This document shows, in pieces, positions 56,444 through 64,000 of a stretch of 64,000 bases of DNA. The stretch's first letter is position 1. Every line of letters starts with the position of its first letter. The stretch is from Octopus vulgaris (Eukaryota), in the NCBI GenBank assembly GCA_951406725.2, contig OX597817.1:60698001-60762000 (forward strand), written 5' to 3'. The position numbers and the translations under genes were made by a program. The notes below the pieces were generated by a model. It was not told where the DNA came from and did no database searches. It saw only the letters and a list, made by a program, of their open reading frames with translations.

Positions 56444-56485
<42 letters not shown>

Positions 56486-56487
56486 TG

Positions 56488-56543
<56 letters not shown>
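56328..56543. repeat. Compound trinucleotide repeat (CTA)n(CCA)n(CCG)n(CTA)n
   Basis: Read directly from the sequence. Confidence 0.97.
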
Positions 56544-57190
56544 GCCCAAGAGCAAGCATTAAGAACGAATTACATCAAATACAGAAGAGACAACACATCA
56601 GAAAGTGATAAGTGCAGAATTTGTGGACAAAATGGTGAAACTGTATGGCATATTACCAGCCAATGTACACAACTAGCCCAGAAAGAATATAAGAGACGTC
56701 ATGACAATATAGCAAGGATTGTCCATTGGACACTTTGCAACAAGTATGGACTTGACAGAGCAAAAAAGTGGTACTAAGATAATCCCGAAAGCATCATCGA
56801 AAATGATAATGCAAAGATCCTATGGGATTCTGTGATTCAGTGCGACCATGAGATAGATAATAGGAAACCAGACATAGTCTTAATTGAGAAAGAAATCAAA
56901 CGATTGTGGATCATAGATATAGCATGCCAAGAGGACAAAAAAGGTATGCGATAAGGAAGAAAGAAAACCTGATAGATATAACAAGTTAGCTTGGGAGGTT
57001 AAGCAGTTGTGGTCTTCTTGAGAAGTACATGGAACAAATAGGGGCTGAAATAAGGATGGAGCACTTGGAACTACTCGAATACTCCGGATGGCGCTCGAAA
57101 AATAAGGGGTGTTACCTTAGTTAGTTCACTGGTAGTGAGCATCTGGCACCATAGTACATCTCCAGAGTTAGATGCTGTACAAAGACAATA
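56542..57190 (+). mobile_element. R4/Dong-clade 3' end (CCHC + PD..D endonuclease) with (TAA)n tail
   Basis: AQEQALRTNY..KCRICGQNGETVWHITSQC..RRHDNIARIVHW..KILWD..NRKPDIVLI..IIDIAC. Confidence 0.92.
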
Positions 57191-57224
57191 ATTAATAATA
57201 ATAATAATAATAATGATGATGATA

Positions 57225-57308
<84 letters not shown>

Positions 57309-58040
57309 GGCTTGACAGAGGAAGGCAGCTTAAGTAAACGCCAACAATGGCTAAAAAAGCTCTGGACTAAAAGCCGAAACAGAACGACTGATTCTCGCTG
57401 CACAAGACCAATACCTGTCTACAATCAATTATAAAAACAAAACTATGAAAACAAGCCTCAACACCAAATGTAGAATGTGCATTCACCATAATGAGACAGC
57501 TGACCACATCATCCTGGGCGGCCCAGTCCTTGCCAAGTCTGAATATGTATACAGACAAGACAAAGTAAGCAGTTATAGCCACCGGACAATATGCCAACAT
57601 TACATCAAAACGAACAGCAGATGGTATAAGCATGAGCCAAGCAAGGTACAAGGCAACGATCAGGCCACAATCATCCGGGATATGCCGATTCAAACCGACA
57701 AGAAAATAAAAAGCTAAACGCCCAGACATAATAGTCAAAGATTGGGGAAAAAACACCTGCTTACTGATAGACATTGCAGTCCCTTCTTATCAAAATATGG
57801 TCAAAAAAGAAGTGGAGGAATTGTCGAAGTACAAAGACCTAGAAATTCAAGGATTCAAGATGTGAGACATGAAGGTAAAAACAATACCAATAATAAATGG
57901 AGCATTGCGCATGATAAAAAATCATATGAACTAAAAGGTAAAAGCTATACCTGGATCCTCAACATTATACACTGTCCAAATAATAGCCCTACTAGGAACA
58001 GCCCACATTCTACGCAAAACACTATCAAGCCAATAATACA
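57309..58040 (+). mobile_element. Second R4/Dong-clade 3' relic
   Basis: KCRMCIHHNETADHII..IIRDMPIQTDKKIK..RPDIIVKD..LLIDIAVP. Confidence 0.88.
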
Positions 58041-58267
58041 ACCTAAAGAAAACAGCCCAGAAATACTAGACACAATCTATACAGCATTTACACAGTGAAA
58101 TAAATTCCCACCAGCAAGCTAAGAAACCAATGCATTACACACTCAACACACAATACTAGCACAACAAAAGACAGCACCACACCTTAAGGGAAAAAAGCTA
58201 ACATAATACAGTACCGGGAGAAGTTCACACACTCTCATCAGCAGAAAAGAACACACACACCAGCAAC

Positions 58268-58515
58268 ACAGAGAACCTCATGGTAGCAGCCTAAGATCAA
58301 GCGATAAAAACAAACAACCTGAGAAAATATATAGGGAGAGAAAGTGTCAGAAAAATGTAGAGCCCGTGGAACTTGGAACGAGACAGTGACACACGTTGTG
58401 GCAGAATGCTTCAAGATGGCACAGGAAAATTATAAGAAATGGAGGCACGACTAGGTTGTAAAAGTTTTACACAGGAAGTTTTGCCAGAAATGAGAATTTG
58501 AAGTTGGAAACACAA
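58268..58515 (+). mobile_element. Third R4/Dong-clade relic
   Basis: ENLMVAA*DQAIKTN..KCRA..ETVTHVVAEC.KMAQENYKKWRHD. Confidence 0.8.
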
Positions 58516-58740
58516 AAGAACCCTCTCTGAAACTTCAAAACTTGATTCCAAAGTACTTAATTATGGTCTTCTATTTTATCTTTTACTTCGTCTTTAAACT
58601 TCAGTTATTTTTACTATTTAGAAAATTTGTCTTGAAATAAATATCGTTCGTTCGTCCATTTCTTAGACCCTCAAATCTGGAGGGACAAAAGTCCTCTTGA
58701 TAACACAGCCATTCTTGGACACTTCAATCATAACAGAACG

Positions 58741-58794
<54 letters not shown>

Positions 58795-59640
58795 TCTCTC
58801 TCTCCAGCCTTTGAACATTTTGAACCAACCTGATGGACGTCAGGTTAAGAACCGTTCAACTAATTAATCTGAAAGAAACCAGCGAAGTATTTTTCACATC
58901 TGTGCACAGCTTTCTTCACAATTTGTTCGGCATGTTAACGATTCTGCCTACTCATTGCCTTGTATGCGTGTGTGTGCGTGCATGCGTGCGTGTTTGTGTG
59001 TGTGTATGCGTGAGTGCCGCAGCGACTGTGTGTGATCGTTTCTTTGTTAAATCATTTTAATGCAAGCTTAAAAGTTTCACGACAACAAAACAAAATATTT
59101 GCTGATGGTAGAAGATTCAAAACTGAAAGTAAACCCCGATAAAAATGTTTCTTATGCTTAAAGAACGATATCTGTAATGTATGCTGAGCCGTCGGGCACT
59201 TTGTCTGAGGCCCATCGTATATTACTGTCATGGTTAATAAATAAAACAATACAACAATAAAAAAATAGAAAAATAAAAGGTAAAAATGTTATTGGATTCC
59301 AATGGGTTTCGACGATGAGTATTGTTATTCGATCAATTAAATCCTACTTGCTCATTGAATGTACATCACACACACACAGTGGCATGGCACTGTGGCAAGA
59401 AGTTTGTTTCCAGACGCATTGTTTCGAGTTCAATCCTTCTGTGTGGCATATTTAGCCCCAAGCAGACCAAAGCCTTGTCAGTGGATTTGGTTGATAGGAA
59501 CTGAAACCACCTCAGCTACTTTCACAACCGCTGTGAACAGCCAACCAGGTGGCTCTTACGATACCAAGTATGTTGTAAGCGGTTCAGGGTAACTGGCGAG
59601 CTAACCCTCTAAACCCTACCTCTGTGGGATCACATCCTGA

Positions 59641-59885
59641 TTAGCCCTTTGGTTGTTCTCTGTATCACGTGACATACAGGGCATATTTTCATTGTGTCCC
59701 TACGTCATGTATGATACACATTCTCATTTTTTTTATATCAACCACCAAGAGTAACTGGGAAGTTTATAAAAGGACAGATTTATATTACTGAGAGAATATG
59801 AAACAAGGGTTTACTGAAAGTCTGAAGACAAGCATGGACGTTTAGAATAAGCTGATGAAACTGCTTTGGACAGGCAAAAGGTTAA
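59641..59885. mobile_element. piggyBac-like MITE
   Basis: TTAG-CCCTTTG ... CAAAAGG-TTAA termini; 3' half homologous to 30175-30324. Confidence 0.6.
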
Positions 59886-61337
59886 GCCAGTGTTAACATA
59901 TTCAATACTTGGAGAAAAATTCTTGAACTTACGGTGGCAAGCAAAAGATAGCAAAAGATAGAACTAAATTAAAAACTAGCTTTCCTTCACCCACAATACC
60001 AGCTGGTGATTAGTTCCGGAATCTATAGCGCTTAAGTATAGGAGATTAACCTGTTTTTAGGCAGGATATTAGTCCACTAATATTAAATAGCATTCCCAGA
60101 CGATCATCTGGTACACATATCTAGTTGCCAGGCAATCTGAGCCACCTGGAACTATGTGTTCTATTCACAGAGCCAACGAAACACTTGCATTCTTCTTTTT
60201 GAAGATGTACGACGACCTACTGCCTATCGGTTGCATCACTAAAGGATCCATTCATTCCTTTTACCATAACTTGTCGAGTGCTATTTCATGAAGGTGCTCT
60301 GGTCTAGAGTTTAGGCGTTTCAGCTCACAGTCATAAGGCCGCGAGTTCAACTCCTGGACTGGGCGCCGCGTGGTTCCCTTCGGCAGGATACTCAGCTGTC
60401 ATGCTGGTGCATCTCTCTGTCTGTCTCTCTCTCACTCTCTGTCTCTCTCTCACTCTCTGTATCTCTCTTGGTCTGTCCGTCTACCTTTCTCTCTCCCCCT
60501 CTCTCTTTTTTCTCTCTCTCTCCCTCTCTCTATAGATAAGTAAATAAATTAATACATGGAACGAACAGATTGAACCCCGGTGAATGGTGTGTATAAAAAC
60601 AAAACGAGTGAATGAATGAATTTCTGCATGTATATATGGGCCCCGTGTGGTAAGAAGTTTGCTTCACAATCACATGGCTCCGGGGTCAGTTCCACCGTGT
60701 GGCACCTTGGGAGAATGTCTTCTAGTATAAACTCAGGCCGACTAAAGCCTTGTGAGTTGAGTTGTAAGATGAAACCTAAAAGAAGCGTATTGTATATACT
60801 AGCATTGAAGCCGTCAAGGGATCCTTCAGGAATTGAACCTCCTTACGATACTCCCTGAGAGTTCATGGTATTAATTAATGATTTTCTGACTAATTCTGAA
60901 ATTGAATCAGCAGTTTATATTTGCTGCTGATAAGTTGGCGCGATTACGGTGGTTTTGAAAATTTAGGGTATATATTCCCGAGGCACAAATGCTGCTGCCT
61001 CGTGTATATCTATTCCTCCTGGCTTCTTTACCGGTAGATTGACTTGATTAAATTTAATTTAATTTAATTAGGCTGGTTTGCCATAAAGAACGTCGAAACA
61101 ATGCATTGTCTAAAGATAAATAGGGTAAATGTTTTTTAATTTTCCTTTAATTTCTGAATTACTACTATTTAGCGGTTTGAGTCTTGGATGCTCTTTCTAG
61201 TGGGTCGAATGGCCTATCGGGGCCGTTCCTCAATGTTGTTGAAATTATATATATAGTCTGTGACTATTTTCTCTTTCTCACTAGACCGCTGGTGGCAAAA
61301 AAATTTCTATTGAATTTTTTACCACCCTTATATTGAT

Positions 61338-61411
<74 letters not shown>

Positions 61412-61879
61412 GCTCATGGGGGCTTACGTACGCTGAAAAGAAGGGAGACAAGTAGATAGAGGAGTAAATAAATAAAAAAGATAAGCGGTAAACAAAAAAA
61501 GGCTATAAATAATGGGGGAAAGGGAGAGAGAGATAGACTAAGAGAGTGAGAGAGGGGGACGAGAGAGAGAGAGAGAGAAAGCGAGAGAAAGGAAGAATGA
61601 AAAGAAAGCAAGGAAGAGACGCATAAGGTGCGTGCGATGCGCATCTGTGTCACCTCGATATCATCTGTAACCGTCTTCTTTTCTGAAAACATTTGTTTAA
61701 GTGTTTACAGATAATTGAGTATATTCGGGTAGAAATAGATGTTGGGAAATTAGACTCGCTATAGTTATTCCAGGCGAGAAAGAAAGAATGGAGGCTTTAT
61801 GTAATAAACATAATTGTTCACCGTAAAATGAAACATAAACACGCATACACACGTTCGTGCATACATGCATACGTACATA

Positions 61880-61932
<53 letters not shown>

Positions 61933-61938
61933 TACACG

Positions 61939-61969
<31 letters not shown>

Positions 61970-62141
61970 TTATATATAGGCGCAGGCATGGCTGTGTGGT
62001 AAGTAGCATGCTTACCACCCACATGGGTTCCGGGTTCAATCCCACTGCGTGGCACCTTGGGCAAATGTCTTCTACTATAGCTTCGGGCCAACTAAAGCCT
62101 TGTGAGTGGATTTGCCAGACAGAAAGTTAAAGAAGCGCGTC

Positions 62142-62175
<34 letters not shown>

Positions 62176-62178
<3 letters not shown>

Positions 62179-62847
62179 TATATTTAATTAGAGACAAAAC
62201 CACTATTATGCAAATCAAACAAAGAAAGACTTAAGCCAATACATAAATTATTTATATAAATTTAGAAATTTAACAATTATAAATAACCACTACGATCGTT
62301 TCATGTCTTATTTCAGCACATCTTTGAGACATTCTTCAGGTGGTTTAAAGCCTAAAATATAATCAAATTTTTAAGATATAAATAATCTATATAATCTAAA
62401 TAAATAATTACTTATAATAAACTCTATTATTAAATATGATTATATCGAAATCGACTATAATGTTAAATATTAACTTTAATTTATAAGGTAGAAAATCCAT
62501 ATCCTAATATCCATTTTAGTCTATATCTACTTATATAGATATTTGAAATGACTAATATATATAAATTATCAATGAAAATATATATAAATATTATAATCAA
62601 GATCTAAAATAATCTCTATAAACGATTGTATATAATGAAAACCTAATATATTTAATTTCTCATATTTAAAGATGAAATAGCTAATTTCAAAATACAAAAA
62701 ATATATATACACATGCTCATGCTCATATATACATTTATGTATATAAACATATCTAAATACGTACACAAATATAATATTTTACTATAAAATTGGATTCAAT
62801 CCTAAATCTGATTTTTCCCTGTAAATTTGGATTTATTCCCTAATATT

Positions 62848-62850
<3 letters not shown>
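62176..62850 (-). mobile_element. AT-rich Penelope-like remnant carrying a hammerhead, flanked by (TA)n
   Basis: Contains the HHR at 62285-62345; TA arrays on both sides. Confidence 0.7.
62285..62345 (-). ncRNA. Type I minimal hammerhead ribozyme, canonical core
   Basis: Minus strand AACCAC-CTGAAGA-ATGTCT-(loop)-AGACAT-GAAA-C-GATC-G-TA-GTGGTT: 6-bp stems I and II, palindromic ACGATCGT helix III, GUA site. Confidence 0.88.
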
Positions 62851-62904
<54 letters not shown>

Positions 62905-62907
<3 letters not shown>

Positions 62908-63085
62908 TGTTTTCAATTTTCTATTTTTGCTATTTTCTATTTTCTCTACCTGTTTCTATTTTCCTTTCTGTCGAAGAGCGTAGGATCGAAACGTTAGAGA
63001 CTTTCTCACTTCCCAAGCGTTAAACTAATACATCTGTTTGTTGTTTACACACCCGTCTTCGTCTTTTGGTTTTTTCTTTTTTGTA

Positions 63086-63090
<5 letters not shown>
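62905..63090 (+). mobile_element. HHR-like short element family A
   Basis: CTTT-CTGTCGA-A-GAGC-GTAG-GATC-GAAA-CG-TT-AGAG (62964-62999). Confidence 0.8.
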
Positions 63091-63123
<33 letters not shown>

Positions 63124-63127
63124 ATAT

Positions 63128-63158
<31 letters not shown>

Positions 63159-63160
63159 TA

Positions 63161-63520
63161 TGCGTGGTGCCTAGGACTCCAAACCTGCCATCAAGATGTA
63201 GGACAAGATACTGTGATAGCCTGGGCTTCCGAGGCCCACAGCTCTTCAATATCCTCCCGAAGAACCTGAGAGACCTGCATGGGGTGGATACAGATGTCTT
63301 TAAAATGAAGCTGGATCTCTTCCTGTCAGGTGTCCCAGATGAACCAACTTCACGGCAGGAGGGGCAGATGAGGGCAGCTGCATCGAACTCTCTCATGCAC
63401 CAAATAGCAGTTGCTAGAAAGCCTCCATGAAGTGAAACCAAGTAGCAACACCAAATGGCGGTGCCCCAGCATGGCCACAGCTCATAAGCTGAAACTAGAA
63501 TCAATCAATCAATCAATCAA
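63161..63520 (+). mobile_element. CR1-group LINE 3' end with (AATC)n tail
   Basis: YCDSLGFRGPQLFNILPKNLRDLHGVDTDVFKMKLDLFLSGVPDEP..RAAASNSL; 3' UTR GGCGGTGCCCCAGCATGGCCACAG. Confidence 0.9.
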
Positions 63521-63549
63521 TCATATATATATATATATATATATATATA

Positions 63550-63740
63550 CGTTTCTTAACTTTTTTGTACTTTCTGCTTTTACACATTCTTTATTGTCTC
63601 CTTGTTTCTTTCTCTGATCCTTTCTGTAGGAGAGCGTAGGCTCGAACGTTAAAGACTTTTTCATTTCCCGAATGTTAAACTAATATATCTGTTTGTTCTC
63701 TACGCCACCTGTCTTCGTCTTTTGCTTTTTGTGAATTTTC

Positions 63741-63742
<2 letters not shown>
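63550..63742 (+). mobile_element. HHR-like short element family A
   Basis: CTTT-CTGTAGG-A-GAGC-GTAG-GCTC-GAA-CGTT-AAAG (63620-63654); core further decayed. Confidence 0.78.
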
Positions 63743-63815
<73 letters not shown>

Positions 63816-64000
63816 GCATGTATGTGTTTGGTCTGCGTTTGTCCACCCCCCACCACCACCACCATCGCTTGACAACTGATGTTGGTGTGTTTATATCCCC
63901 GTAACTTAGCTGTTCGGCAAAAGAGACTGATAGAATAAACACTAGGCTTACAAAGAATAAGTCCTGTGGTCGATTTGCTCGACTAAAGGTGGTGCTCCGG

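Larger units (their letters stand above)
61979..64000 (+). mobile_element. SINE family 2 copy split by nested insertions
   Basis: Head at 61979-62143, tail from 63825 to the window end, same strand; four other elements lie in the internal microsatellite. Confidence 0.8.

Overview
AT-rich, microsatellite-saturated eukaryotic non-coding DNA. The SINE repertoire and repeat landscape look like an octopus/cephalopod genome (inference). No host protein-coding gene is supportable; almost all ORF-track hits are translations of simple repeats. The window is a layered pile of mobile elements: several tRNA-derived SINE families, R4/Dong-, RTE-, CR1- and L1/Tx1-type LINE relics, two mariner relics, MITEs and a probable DIRS tyrosine-recombinase relic. 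The most notable signal is a set of minimal type I hammerhead ribozymes (HHRs) in Penelope-like, (TA)n-embedded elements. These comprise a mirrored canonical pair in a near-perfect ~445-bp fold-back (3415-3859), a canonical one at 62285-62345, and a dispersed ~130-200 bp non-coding family whose hammerhead core is consistently non-canonical (CUGU(A/C)GA, or CCGACGA in a sister subfamily). All alignments and folds were done by eye, and boundaries are approximate.
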